A program made the position numbers and the translations under genes. From an uncultured Tepidisphaeraceae bacterium (GTDB taxonomy: Bacteria; Planctomycetota; Phycisphaerae; Tepidisphaerales; Tepidisphaeraceae), in the NCBI GenBank assembly GCA_964446155.1, contig CAYUNS010000001.1:1-58998 (forward strand): a DNA stretch of 58,998 nt, in the 5' to 3' direction. Each line of letters starts with the position of its first letter. The stretch's first letter is position 1. The notes under the pieces were generated by a model. It was not told the DNA's origin. It ran no database searches and saw only the letters and a program-made list of their open reading frames with translations. Below are positions 8,774 to 18,321 of the stretch, piece by piece.

Positions 8774-10444
8774 TTAACCAGCGGCGGTTTTCCGGGTGGA
8801 ACGATTCCGCGGGTCGCTTCTTAAACCGGACACGGACGGATCGATCGTAACATGCAGGTTTGTTGTGGCGGAGACGATGGGATCGGTGACGGTCACTCCC
8901 ACGATGAAGGCCCGCGCGTTGTCGGGGCGGGTGAGAATCTGGCCGGCGTGTTTGAGCGTCTTCACGAGCGCATCCGAGGGCACATCCTGCACGGCCGAGT
9001 TTTCCTCCAGCGAGATCGACGCGGCGATCGCCGCCGATTGCCCGAGCACCATCAGCACCGGTTCCATGCGAATGGAGCCGAAGCTGATATGGGACGCCGA
9101 GAGGCAGAACAGCACGAGCAGGTTGGTGCATTCGCCGCGTCTGGGGATGATCGAGCGGTATGAGACCGGATACGGGAGAATGCCGCCGGCCTGCACGTCC
9201 CCTTCATTGACGACGCGGCCATTCAGAATGATCCGGCGGCAGTTGTGGGAGTCCATCGCGTAGGCCGCCATCGCCACCGGGTCTTCGGCGACCGCGTGGC
9301 CGCGACAATGTCGCTCGGACATGACGTAATCGGAGATCATTCGGCGGCTTTCACGGACGTAAAGCTGATGAGGCCAACCGCCGCAGTCCTGGAATTCATC
9401 GGCACACAAGCCCCATTCGCGCATGCGCTCGCGGATGGAGTCGGGGATTTCCGGATCATTGGCGAGGCACCACATCAGCCCTTGCTGCCAGGAGACATGA
9501 GCCTGGAAGATGCGTTCGCGCGATGCATAGTCGGCTTCGGGATAGCCGTGATTCATCCCGATGAAATCGGTGGAGACGGCGCCGTGGTTGTTGGTGTCGG
9601 TCTTGTCGTTTTGGACAGGGTTGAATTCGCGGAAGACGTCATTCCATCCTGTGGCGAGGACGCGTTTGAGCAGAAGATAGGATGCGGGGTTGTAATCGGC
9701 GGGTTTGGGGAATGGCCGCCGCAGTTCCGACCGGCGGGTCAGGCACATACGGAAGTTGTATGCCTGGACGCACGCATCCCCCTGTCCCCGCCGATATTCG
9801 CCGCTCGCATCGATCCCGGGCAGCACGCCGCTGGAGGGAACGCCCGGCATGACATAGGGATCGACTGGAGCTTCAAACTGGTGTCCCTCGTGCATCTGCT
9901 CGCCGTTGATGGTTTCACCATGAACGGAGTTGGACTCGCGCCCAACGGTGTAGGAGACGCCCGCGCCGGCCATCAGGTCGCCTTCGTAGCTGGCGTCGAT
10001 GAACATTTTTGCCTTCACGGTCAGCCCGCTGACGGTGCGAAGGGCGACAATCGCGCCATTCGCCATCGCAACATCGGACAAGAACTGCCTCCGGAACACG
10101 CGGACATCGGTTTCATCAAGCCAGTCTTCGAGCACCTGCTCGGCCACATGTGGCTCGAAGCGCCATTCCACGGGCACGCCATAATGGCGTCCGACGCGTT
10201 GATAGAATTCGCGCGCCAGTCCGCCGATGACATGTTTGTTTCCCACATCGGTCATGCCCAGCCCGCCGGTGGTCATTCCACCGAGATGCGCGCTGGGCTC
10301 GAGCAGGATGACATCCAGCCCGCGCCGGGCGGCCTCGATGGCGGCGATCACTCCGCCGGCGATGCCGCCGTAGATGCACAGATCCGCGGTCAGGATTTGA
10401 GGTTCATGAGGAGCAGGCTGGTAATAATGTGGATGGGTGGGCAT
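8774..10444 (-). CDS. FAD-dependent oxidoreductase (FAD_oxidored/PF12831-like)
   Basis: Dinucleotide-binding N-terminus DLCIYGGIAGGVIAAIEAARRG, then LEPSAHLGGMTTGGLG. This family is commonly found in PVC/Bacteroidota glycan loci. Confidence 0.8.
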   Translation of the reverse strand: MPTHPHYYQPAPHEPQILTADLCIYGGIAGGVIAAIEAARRGLDVILLEPSAHLGGMTTGGLGMTDVGNKHVIGGLAREFYQRVGRHYGVPVEWRFEPHVAEQVLEDWLDETDVRVFRRQFLSDVAMANGAIVALRTVSGLTVKAKMFIDASYEGDLMAGAGVSYTVGRESNSVHGETINGEQMHEGHQFEAPVDPYVMPGVPSSGVLPGIDASGEYRRGQGDACVQAYNFRMCLTRRSELRRPFPKPADYNPASYLLLKRVLATGWNDVFREFNPVQNDKTDTNNHGAVSTDFIGMNHGYPEADYASRERIFQAHVSWQQGLMWCLANDPEIPDSIRERMREWGLCADEFQDCGGWPHQLYVRESRRMISDYVMSERHCRGHAVAEDPVAMAAYAMDSHNCRRIILNGRVVNEGDVQAGGILPYPVSYRSIIPRRGECTNLLVLFCLSASHISFGSIRMEPVLMVLGQSAAIAASISLEENSAVQDVPSDALVKTLKHAGQILTRPDNARAFIVGVTVTDPIVSATTNLHVTIDPSVSGLRSDPRNRSTRKTAAG

Positions 10445-10796
10445 ATCGAAACACCAGTAAGATCAGTGAGCTGTTTTGCTCGATGCATCGCCGAGGCTCG
10501 AAACGGACGAGCCAGTCGTGAAAACATACCTCGTGTCTTCCGGTGACGGATGCGTACTCTGCGTCAAACCATTCCAAATTCCCGTAATCGGCCGTTTCGA
10601 CGGGTTGTGCGTGGATGACTGAATCGGCGTCGGCGACGAAAAAGAGGAATGCATTGACGAAGAAACGGTCTGTCGCGAACGATGGGAGCGGGTAGCATTC
10701 AGAACGAATGAATGGAGGGGGAACGGCGGGCCTTTCCGGGATGATTTATCTTCGCGGCGCTGGTGGTTTGCCGCGGACAGAAAGGAATGTCACGTC

Positions 10797-13118
10797 ATGC
10801 GATGGTTTCCGATTTTTGTCACCACGGTTTTGGCGATGCTGTGCATCCAGGGGTCGGCGAGCGCGGGAGGGCCGGTTTCCCTGCTGGATGGTGAGGAGAA
10901 GGATTTCGGTTGGCGTTTCGGTGACGGGCCTGAATTTCCCGGTGCCGTGGGGTCGCTCTCCGCCGACCCATCGATGAAATACAACGATCGTCCGTCGCTG
11001 AAACTGGAATCCAATTTTTCCGCCGGCGGGGCATATGTGCAGGCCGGTCGAAACATCCCCTCCGTCGAAGTCCATGAATTGTCGTTCTGGATGAAGGATC
11101 CGGATTCGGAAGGGCTGACTTTCCGGCTGATCGACGATGCGGGGCAGGTTCATCAATTCAAGCTTCGCAAGCCGAAGTCCGCGGATTGGCAGCAGGTGGT
11201 GTTTCCCCTGGAGCGGTTTTTTGCAGGGCGGGGAACGGAAAACGCCGTGCCCGGGGTGACACAGTATCAGCATTGGTCCGGTCCGAACGATGGGAAATGG
11301 CGTGGTCCGGCCAAAGCGATTTATGTGTTGTCCTCGAAGAAGGAAGCGGAGGTTCGGACGATGTGGCTTGGCGATATCGCCGCGACACCGCCCCCCGAAT
11401 CGCCGAAGACGATTGTGCGTCTGGATGAGTTTCCCGACGGCCGGATCGACTGGGAATTTCTCCCAGGACATGACGCCCCCGGAGCCAAAGGCTCGCTTGC
11501 CGTGACGGAGGAAATGCCCGCGCCGGGGCAATCCGGGCTGACCCTGACGGCCGACTTTTCCGAAGGCGGCCAGCAGGTGGGGATGCTCAGGGAACTGAAG
11601 GGCAATGTCACGGCCGTTGTTCTTCGATACAAGACCGATGACGTGCAACTGGTGACCATTCGCATGGCCGACGCCACTGGGCAGGTTCATCAACGCCGGC
11701 GCATGAAGCTTACGGCGGATGGCAACTGGCATGAATTGGTCATCAAGCCCCAACAGATAGCCGGTGGAGATCGTGCCGGCGGCGCGCGAGACGGCGTGTG
11801 GCATGCGCCGGCGGCGTGGGTGTCAATTTCCATCCCATACTATTCCAAGCCGGAAACAACCACATATGCCCTGCACCTGGCCGACATCCGCGCCGAGTTT
11901 GTGCAGGGCGAGGAGAATTTCGAGATGACTCAATCGATCGTGAACGAGCCGATTCCAACCCTGCTGCCCCTCGCGGAAAACCCGCGGTCCCGTCCGGCAT
12001 ACGGTTTCGAACTCACCTATCGCTGGGAAAACGTCAAGCCGATGTCGAGGGACTACACGGTCTTTGTCCATTTCGTCGACAAGGACGGCAAAACGGTGTT
12101 GCGCGATGACCATCAACCGCCGACGCGGACAAGTCGATGGAACGGCGATGTGAAATATACGCGCAAGATATTCCTTCCCCTGTGGATGCCCGATCGCAAT
12201 CGCACGCTTCCGCCGTTGCCCGATGGGGAATATGCGATCTATGCCGGCCTGCATGATGAGCGGGGGCGCAAGCCCGTTCAGTCGGGTCCGGGCGTGCAGG
12301 TGGACGGCGAGCAGCGTCACAAGATCGGCGTGCTCACCCTCGACAGCAATCTTCCCGCGCCGCAACTCGGTCCGGAATCAGTGGACCTGCCCGGCTACAA
12401 GATGACCTTCAGCGACGAATTCGATGAGCCGCTCAGCGTATCGGCCTGGGGGCCATGCGGTCCGGGCGGGACGCGATGGATCGCGCACACACCGTATCGA
12501 GGGGACTTCGGCGACGCTCGCTTCGCCGATCCCGCGCCGGAGTTCCCGTTCACGGTGAATGACGGCGTCCTCCGCATCGAGGTGAGCAAGCGGGACGGGC
12601 GCTGGGAAGGCGGGCTGCTGGCATCGGTCGATCCCGAGGGCAACGGTTTTTCACAGACCTATGGATACTTCGAGATGCGCGCCAAGCTTCCCGAGGGTCC
12701 GGGCACATGGCCGGCGTTCTGGATTCATGCCCTTCAGCGTGTGACCAATTACGCGGACAAAACGTTGACCGATCTTGAGATCGACGTTCTTGAGCAATAC
12801 GGACATTGGCCGAACAAGCTCAGCACCGCCGTTCATCAATGGAATCGCAGCGGCGGTCCCAGTAAAAACGAGGGCAAGAATTTCCTCGTGAGCGGCATGA
12901 CCGAGGATTTTCATGATTACGGAGTGCTGGTCACCGAGGAATACATCACGTTCTATTTCGATGGCGTCGAGCTTCGTCGGGAAAAGACCCCGCCTTCCGG
13001 GCACGGCCCGATGTATGTCATGGTCAACCTGACGCTTGGTCCGGGTTGGCCGCTGGATAAGACGCCCAGTCCGTCCTATTTGTATGTGGATCATGTTCGG
13101 GTATATGCAAAGGAATGA
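10797..13118 (+). CDS. secreted multidomain glycoside hydrolase family 16 enzyme (two CBM-like modules + shared unknown module + GH16)
   Basis: Signal peptide MRWFPIFVTTVLAMLCIQGSASA. Two tandem CBM-like repeats (..EFPGAVGSLS.. / ..DAPGAKGSLA..). GH16 catalytic motif LEIDVLEQ (ExDxxE) and YFEMRAKLPEGPGTWPAFW. Confidence 0.8.
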   Translation: MRWFPIFVTTVLAMLCIQGSASAGGPVSLLDGEEKDFGWRFGDGPEFPGAVGSLSADPSMKYNDRPSLKLESNFSAGGAYVQAGRNIPSVEVHELSFWMKDPDSEGLTFRLIDDAGQVHQFKLRKPKSADWQQVVFPLERFFAGRGTENAVPGVTQYQHWSGPNDGKWRGPAKAIYVLSSKKEAEVRTMWLGDIAATPPPESPKTIVRLDEFPDGRIDWEFLPGHDAPGAKGSLAVTEEMPAPGQSGLTLTADFSEGGQQVGMLRELKGNVTAVVLRYKTDDVQLVTIRMADATGQVHQRRRMKLTADGNWHELVIKPQQIAGGDRAGGARDGVWHAPAAWVSISIPYYSKPETTTYALHLADIRAEFVQGEENFEMTQSIVNEPIPTLLPLAENPRSRPAYGFELTYRWENVKPMSRDYTVFVHFVDKDGKTVLRDDHQPPTRTSRWNGDVKYTRKIFLPLWMPDRNRTLPPLPDGEYAIYAGLHDERGRKPVQSGPGVQVDGEQRHKIGVLTLDSNLPAPQLGPESVDLPGYKMTFSDEFDEPLSVSAWGPCGPGGTRWIAHTPYRGDFGDARFADPAPEFPFTVNDGVLRIEVSKRDGRWEGGLLASVDPEGNGFSQTYGYFEMRAKLPEGPGTWPAFWIHALQRVTNYADKTLTDLEIDVLEQYGHWPNKLSTAVHQWNRSGGPSKNEGKNFLVSGMTEDFHDYGVLVTEEYITFYFDGVELRREKTPPSGHGPMYVMVNLTLGPGWPLDKTPSPSYLYVDHVRVYAKE

Positions 13119-13243
13119 CGGCATGCATGGTCGGCCGATCGCTCCAAGGGGCTTCCGGGACCAGCGCAAGCCATGCGCGCCAGGCATGAAAACACGAGTG
13201 CGTTGGATGTGCCGGGAAGTTTTCCGACATGTGCCGGAGGCAT

Positions 13244-14407
13244 ATGCAGCCCCATCGTCGCGTCATTCTGCTGATCGAGGCCACCTCGGCCTACGGCCGC
13301 GGATGCCTGCGCGGCATCGCCCGCTATGCCCGCGCGCGTGGTGGATGGATCTTCTTCCACCGTCTGCGCTATCCATTCGAGTTGTTGAAATTCAATGAGC
13401 TGCGGAATTGGAACGCGGATGGCATCATCGCGCGCATCGATAATCCGTCGGTCGCGCGGATCGTGCGGCGGCTTGCCTTGCCGGCGGTTGATCTCAGCGG
13501 ATCGTCGGTGATTGAAGGCGTGGCCGGCGTGTTTCCCGATCACCGGAAGATCATCACACTGGCGGCCGAACACCTGGTTTCCAATGGCTTGCGCAACCTG
13601 GCGTTCTGCGGTTATCCCGGCGTCTATTTTTCGGATTTCCGCCAAGGCGTGTTTGACAGCGAAGTGCAGGCTCAACACGGCGTCAAGTGCGTTTTTGAGC
13701 CTCCCCCAATCACCGATGCGATCTCGTATGAGCAGCGCGGCGTTCTTGACGCCGAGGCGCTCCAGGCATGGGTCGGGCAATTGCCCAAACCCATTGGAGT
13801 CATCGCGTGCAGCGACACGCGCGGCCGGCAAGTCCTGGAAGCCTGCGATGCGGTGGGCATCAAGGTTCCCCACGAAGTTTCAGTCATCGGGGTGGATGAC
13901 GATGATGTCGTTTGCGAATTGTCCAACCCGAGACTCAGCAGCGTGGTGCCGAATGTGGAAACCACCGGCTACGAGGCGGCACGACTGCTCGATCGTCTTT
14001 TTGGCGGCGAACCCTGTCCCGATGAACCTCTGCTCATTCCGCCCATCGCCATCGAAGGCCGCACCTCGAGCGACATGACCGCATTGAGCGATCCGGCGCT
14101 GGCCGCCGCGGTGCAGTTCATCCGCAACCGGGTGGGGGAGGGAATTAACGTCGAGGATGTCCTCGCGAAGGTGGAAATCTCCCGCTCGACATTGGAGCGG
14201 CAATTCTACGAGCACCTGGGTTGCACGCCTCACGAATTCATCCTGCGCTGCCGGATCGAGCGGGCCAAGCAGTTGCTCCTGGACACGGACTATCCTCTGG
14301 CGCGGATCGCGCGGATGGCGGGTTTCCGTCGTGTCGGCCACATGATCACCGTTTTTCGCGAGCGCTCCGGGCAAACGCCCGCCAAATATCGCCGCGCGAC
14401 GAACTGA
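13244..14407 (+). CDS. XylR-like transcriptional regulator (periplasmic-binding-protein-like sugar sensor domain + AraC-type HTH)
   Basis: ORF 13229..14407. N-terminal PBP-like domain (RVILLIEATSAYGRGCLRGIARYA, IGVIACSDTRGRQVLEAC, VSVIGVDDDD). C-terminal AraC HTH (ISRSTLERQFYEHLGCTPHEFILRCRIERAKQLL...IARMAGF). Confidence 0.8.
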   Translation: MQPHRRVILLIEATSAYGRGCLRGIARYARARGGWIFFHRLRYPFELLKFNELRNWNADGIIARIDNPSVARIVRRLALPAVDLSGSSVIEGVAGVFPDHRKIITLAAEHLVSNGLRNLAFCGYPGVYFSDFRQGVFDSEVQAQHGVKCVFEPPPITDAISYEQRGVLDAEALQAWVGQLPKPIGVIACSDTRGRQVLEACDAVGIKVPHEVSVIGVDDDDVVCELSNPRLSSVVPNVETTGYEAARLLDRLFGGEPCPDEPLLIPPIAIEGRTSSDMTALSDPALAAAVQFIRNRVGEGINVEDVLAKVEISRSTLERQFYEHLGCTPHEFILRCRIERAKQLLLDTDYPLARIARMAGFRRVGHMITVFRERSGQTPAKYRRATN

Positions 14408-14436
14408 TGCGGGGGCATCGGCGATGAATGGGTGTT

Positions 14437-15687
14437 TCATGGGATTTTTTGGTAGACGCGCACATGATCGACTTCCATCACGGATGGGTTGGGGGTTTTG
14501 TCGATCGGCCAGCCGCTGCCCAGCGCCAGGTTGACGAGGATGTAGAACTCGGCGTTGGCCTCCGGGGGCGTCGGTTGGCGCCACAGCTCGACGCCGTCGA
14601 AATACCAGATCATCTCCTTTTCGTCCCAATAGAAACCGTAGTCGTGAAAATTCTCGGTCATATCGGAGACGATGAAGTAATCTCCGACACCGCGATGCCC
14701 GCCGTCCTTGAGCCACCAGTGATAGTTGGCGTGGAAGTTCCGCGGCGCGTGGCCGTACTGTTCGAGGATGTCGATCTCGAAGCTTCCGAGCTTTCCGTCC
14801 GGTCCCCTGTAGCGCTGGTCGCTCAGCAACCAGAACGCCGGCCAGGTTCCGGGGCCTTGGGGCATTTTGGCGCGCATCTCGAAATAGCCGTATTTCTGCC
14901 TGAAACCATTGGAGTCGGCGTCGTTTGAACAAAGGAGACCGGATCGCCACCGGCCGGATTCATCCTTGCGCGCCTCGATGCGGAGGATGCCGTCCACGGT
15001 GGTGAAGGGAAAGCCGTCGCGCGGGCTGGTGAAGAGGGCGTCGCCGAAATTACCGTCATCGGGCTTGTGGGCGATCCAGCGGGTCTTGCCCACGATCGGA
15101 CCATACGCGGAGATCGCCAGGTCATCGAACTCGTCGCTGAATGTGAGTTCGAACTGCGACAGATCGAGCGTTTTGGGCTTGTCCGAGTCGAGCCGGGGTT
15201 CGGGCGCGTCGGCGTCAATCCTGACCGAAGCGACGGTGTAACCCCGCTCGTTGTTCGGTTGAACGCCGGGTCCGGCGTTGAGGGGCTGGCGGCCTTCCTG
15301 TCGATTCCACAGGCCGACCACCACGCGATAAACGCCGTCGGGCATGTCGGCCGGAACGATGATCCGCCGCGTATAGCTGGCTTTGCCTTCCCACGTCGAG
15401 GTTTTCGTCGGCCAGGGCAGCGTGTGATCGTCCTGCGCCATGGTTCTGCCGGATTCGTTGACGAGGTGAACGAAGACATCGTAGTCCTTTCCCATGGGTT
15501 TGCCTTCCCACAGGTAGTTGATCTTGAAGGCCCTGCCCGGCGGAACGGTGTCAGGCTCGATTCCGGCGGGGAGCGCGGTGGGGAGATCGGGCTGGTTGCC
15601 CGGCTCCCGTGCCGCTGCACCGGCCGGCAGGACCAGAAGCAGACCGGCGAGGAGCGTAAACAATGGAATGGCGATGGAGAATGACAT
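14437..15687 (-). CDS. secreted glycoside hydrolase family 16 enzyme (paralogue of the C-terminal half of 10797..13118)
   Basis: ORF 14437..15711. ATG 15687 gives the signal peptide MSFSIAIPLFTLLAGLLLVLPAGAAA. Catalytic FEIDILEQ, plus YFEMRAKMPQGPGTWPAFW. Confidence 0.8.
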   Translation of the reverse strand: MSFSIAIPLFTLLAGLLLVLPAGAAAREPGNQPDLPTALPAGIEPDTVPPGRAFKINYLWEGKPMGKDYDVFVHLVNESGRTMAQDDHTLPWPTKTSTWEGKASYTRRIIVPADMPDGVYRVVVGLWNRQEGRQPLNAGPGVQPNNERGYTVASVRIDADAPEPRLDSDKPKTLDLSQFELTFSDEFDDLAISAYGPIVGKTRWIAHKPDDGNFGDALFTSPRDGFPFTTVDGILRIEARKDESGRWRSGLLCSNDADSNGFRQKYGYFEMRAKMPQGPGTWPAFWLLSDQRYRGPDGKLGSFEIDILEQYGHAPRNFHANYHWWLKDGGHRGVGDYFIVSDMTENFHDYGFYWDEKEMIWYFDGVELWRQPTPPEANAEFYILVNLALGSGWPIDKTPNPSVMEVDHVRVYQKIP

Positions 15688-15750
15688 GGAGAGAATCCCG
15701 GTGAAACACAATCGACTCGCGTCCCCGTCATGCGGGGCGCGACCACCCGA

Positions 15751-16452
15751 TCATTCGGTGATGCGCAGGACGATGTTGCCGTAAACCTGTTCGTCGAAAT
15801 TTTTCGTGCCGATCAGGACCAGTTCGTTGAACGAGGTGATGGTGGCGTCGGTGAAGGCCACCGACGCGCCCGCGCCCTGGTTCCACGCCTTGCCGGAGAA
15901 GGTCCATCGGCCCTGGGCATCGCGGGTGATGGTGAGAGGGTTCAGCCCGCCGCCGTCCTTCACGCTCTTCTGCGTGCCGTCGATTTCCTCGTTCGCCCAG
16001 GTCTTGTCCCCGGGCGCCACGCGATTCTTCACCGGCGCCCACTGGACGGCCCACTCCGCCTTGACGCGCCGCGTCTCGAACACATAGCCGTTGCCGTCGG
16101 CGTCCAGCAGCATGAAGGAGACCAGGTCCGCGCCCTGATCGGCATCGCCCCAGCCCCAGCCGACATCGAGCGACAACTCGAGCTTCGTTGGATTCCTGAT
16201 TTCATCGAACGTTTTGCTGAGCGTGCCGTCCGGTTCGTTGGCTTTGAAGCGGACGATCCAGCCGGGATTGTTGGTCGCGTCCGGGTACTTGTAAGTTTCC
16301 CAGGCGCCGTCGGCTTTCCAGCCCTGGGCGTCGATGTCTCCCTTGGAGAAATCGGCGTCGATGACGGTCGTCTGGGCGGGGGCGATTGCCGCCGTCCAGG
16401 CCCCGAACAAAGCGCAGGCCGCAATGGTCAGTATGCGTCGCATTGATTTCAT
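15751..16452 (-). CDS. secreted hypothetical protein, probable beta-sandwich/lectin-like fold
   Basis: ORF 15751..16491. ATG 16452 (or 16443) gives the signal peptide MKSMRRILTIAACALFGAWTAAIAPAQT. The mature part is rich in beta-strand-type alternation (WIVRFKA, LELSLDVGW, YVFETRRV, WTFSGKAW). No family recognised. Confidence 0.6.
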   Translation of the reverse strand: MKSMRRILTIAACALFGAWTAAIAPAQTTVIDADFSKGDIDAQGWKADGAWETYKYPDATNNPGWIVRFKANEPDGTLSKTFDEIRNPTKLELSLDVGWGWGDADQGADLVSFMLLDADGNGYVFETRRVKAEWAVQWAPVKNRVAPGDKTWANEEIDGTQKSVKDGGGLNPLTITRDAQGRWTFSGKAWNQGAGASVAFTDATITSFNELVLIGTKNFDEQVYGNIVLRITE

Positions 16453-16491
16453 CCCATCAAGAAGGGGCGGTCGCCGCCGTCGGTGTTTCAT

Positions 16492-17337
16492 TCACTCCGG
16501 CAGGATGAGTCGTTCCTGCTTGTCGCGTGTATGGAAATATCGCGGCCCGGTGGGGGTGGCGTGGATTTCCCTGGCGGTCATGGTTTGGGCATGTCCGTCA
16601 TAGAAGGCGACGTTGGCGACTCCTTCCGCGTTCGTGCCGTGCTGGAGATGGATGCCGGCCCAGTAATGAGCTTGCTCGAACGGTGGACCAAAGGCGCCCA
16701 GCATGAAGCCGCCGCCGTTGTTTGGCCAGATTCCAAACGACCCATGGTATGAGATGGTGTCGGCCATCATCACCATTTCCGCCGGGGGGAAGGTGGGGCT
16801 GGACCACTTCTGGTAGGTGAGATACCAGTGGTTACCGGGGAGCTTCACTCGCTTCTGGAATTGTCCGCTGTCGGAGTCGTTGCGGAAGTAGTACAGACCG
16901 TAGCCGATCTGTCCGAACTCGTTTCCGGCCTGATCCGGTCCCCAGTTCATGGATGCGTCGTAGTATCGTGTTGATGGGCAGACGGCGACCTTCATGTTGA
17001 GGTAGACCGGGTTTTGCCGGCCGTATCCCGTGTCCCGTCCTCCGACGACAAACCACGGCCAGAACCGCAGGGCCGCATAGACGCCGGCGCTGTCAGGTCC
17101 ACCTTCCAGGATGACGGGGATGCGTCCGTCGTTGGCGTTGGCGTACATTTGCAGCGCCACCGCGCATTGCCGCAGATTGCTGAGGCACGCGGTGGTGCGC
17201 GCCGCTTCCCTGGCTTTGTTGAGCGCCGGCATCAGTATGGCTATGAGAAGGGCGATAATGCCAATGACCACAAGCAGTTCCACCAGCGTGAATCCGCCGG
17301 CTCGGTTGTGATGGCGGGATGAGAAGGTGAAAACCAT
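16492..17337 (-). CDS. DUF1559 family protein with prepilin-type N-terminal cleavage/methylation helix
   Basis: ORF 16492..17370, with ATG 17337 preferred. N-terminus [27 protein letters not shown] is nearly identical to 5617..6462. C-terminal [10 protein letters not shown]. Confidence 0.85.
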   Translation of the reverse strand: MVFTFSSRHHNRAGGFTLVELLVVIGIIALLIAILMPALNKAREAARTTACLSNLRQCAVALQMYANANDGRIPVILEGGPDSAGVYAALRFWPWFVVGGRDTGYGRQNPVYLNMKVAVCPSTRYYDASMNWGPDQAGNEFGQIGYGLYYFRNDSDSGQFQKRVKLPGNHWYLTYQKWSSPTFPPAEMVMMADTISYHGSFGIWPNNGGGFMLGAFGPPFEQAHYWAGIHLQHGTNAEGVANVAFYDGHAQTMTAREIHATPTGPRYFHTRDKQERLILPE

Positions 17338-17440
17338 AATGAACCTCTCTTCCGGGCGATGGGTGTACATGCGGACGTTTCTCGAAAACCGGCTGACCTT
17401 CCCCCCGCGTCCGGCGGTGCGGGGGGAAGGCCACGCAAGC

Positions 17441-18169
17441 TCACCCGTTCGAGCGGCGCCGTGCCAACAGCGACAGACCGCCGAGAGCCATCAGCGCCAT
17501 CGCGGTCGGCTCGGGCACCGGGACGATCTGGAAGCCCGCGAATCCGACGTTTGCGCCGCCGGTGTTGAGCAGATCGAAGAACACCGATTCGCTGGTCAGT
17601 CCGCTGAACACCGCGTAATTGGTGATTTCGCTCGGGTTTTCCGAATCGGTGGAAGTGGCCTGTGCGTACGTGAGAGAAGTATCGGCGGTGATGAAGTGGA
17701 TCGTCGTTCCATTCGCCGTCACGCTGCCGGCGCGGTTGCCGGGACCACCAAAGTAAACGTACAGGTCGTACGCTTCATAAGGGATTTCGGCGATCGAAAC
17801 GCGGAGAATTTTTTCGCCGGTCGTCTCACGAAATTGGGAGAGAAGACGGCGATCGCCGCTGTCGCCTGCATTCGGGAAGGATGAATACCACCCACCTCCA
17901 TAGCCATAGTCTCCACTATTCACCAGGCTGTAATCCGCGGTCGTTCCATTCCCATCACTGTCGATGAGGTTGGACGCCGCGCTGCTGCCGACGTTGTTCC
18001 AGTTGTCGACATGCACGCCCGGCGCGCCTGCGGTCTGTTCCGAGGTGATGATATGATCCTCGCTGATACGAAGATTCACGCTGATGACGGCCGCCTGCGC
18101 GGCGCTGCCGCCAAGCCCCAGCATGGCCACGAGGCCCATAATCGTCCGAAATGAAATACGCTTCGTCAT
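17441..18169 (-). CDS. PEP-CTERM sorting-domain surface protein
   Basis: ORF 17441..18232. ATG 18169 gives the signal peptide [26 protein letters not shown]. The C-terminus [25 protein letters not shown] is a PEP-CTERM signal. Confidence 0.75.
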   Translation of the reverse strand: MTKRISFRTIMGLVAMLGLGGSAAQAAVISVNLRISEDHIITSEQTAGAPGVHVDNWNNVGSSAASNLIDSDGNGTTADYSLVNSGDYGYGGGWYSSFPNAGDSGDRRLLSQFRETTGEKILRVSIAEIPYEAYDLYVYFGGPGNRAGSVTANGTTIHFITADTSLTYAQATSTDSENPSEITNYAVFSGLTSESVFFDLLNTGGANVGFAGFQIVPVPEPTAMALMALGGLSLLARRRSNG

Positions 18170-18321
18170 TTTCTTCTCCTTCAGTTCACAAGTTGCGTTC
18201 GACCCCAAACGAAATGAAATACGATCTGCCATTTTTCGCTCCTTTTAGGTTGAGAAATGCATTTGATCTCCAATGAATCGCCTCAGGAAGTTCCATGGAT
18301 AGCCGACTGACCGGCACCCGA

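Noticed and set aside
9245-10546. 433-aa plus-strand ORF
   Set aside because: Antisense shadow of the FAD-dependent oxidoreductase.
10746-11804. 352-aa minus-strand ORF
   Set aside because: Antisense shadow of the N-terminal part of the CBM-GH16 gene.
13880-15746. Minus-strand ORFs 13880..14950 and 14823..15746, and plus-strand ORFs 14428..14928 and 15067..15684
   Set aside because: These are alternative-frame or antisense shadows of the XylR-like and GH16 genes. They are Arg/Pro-rich and interrupt well-supported genes.
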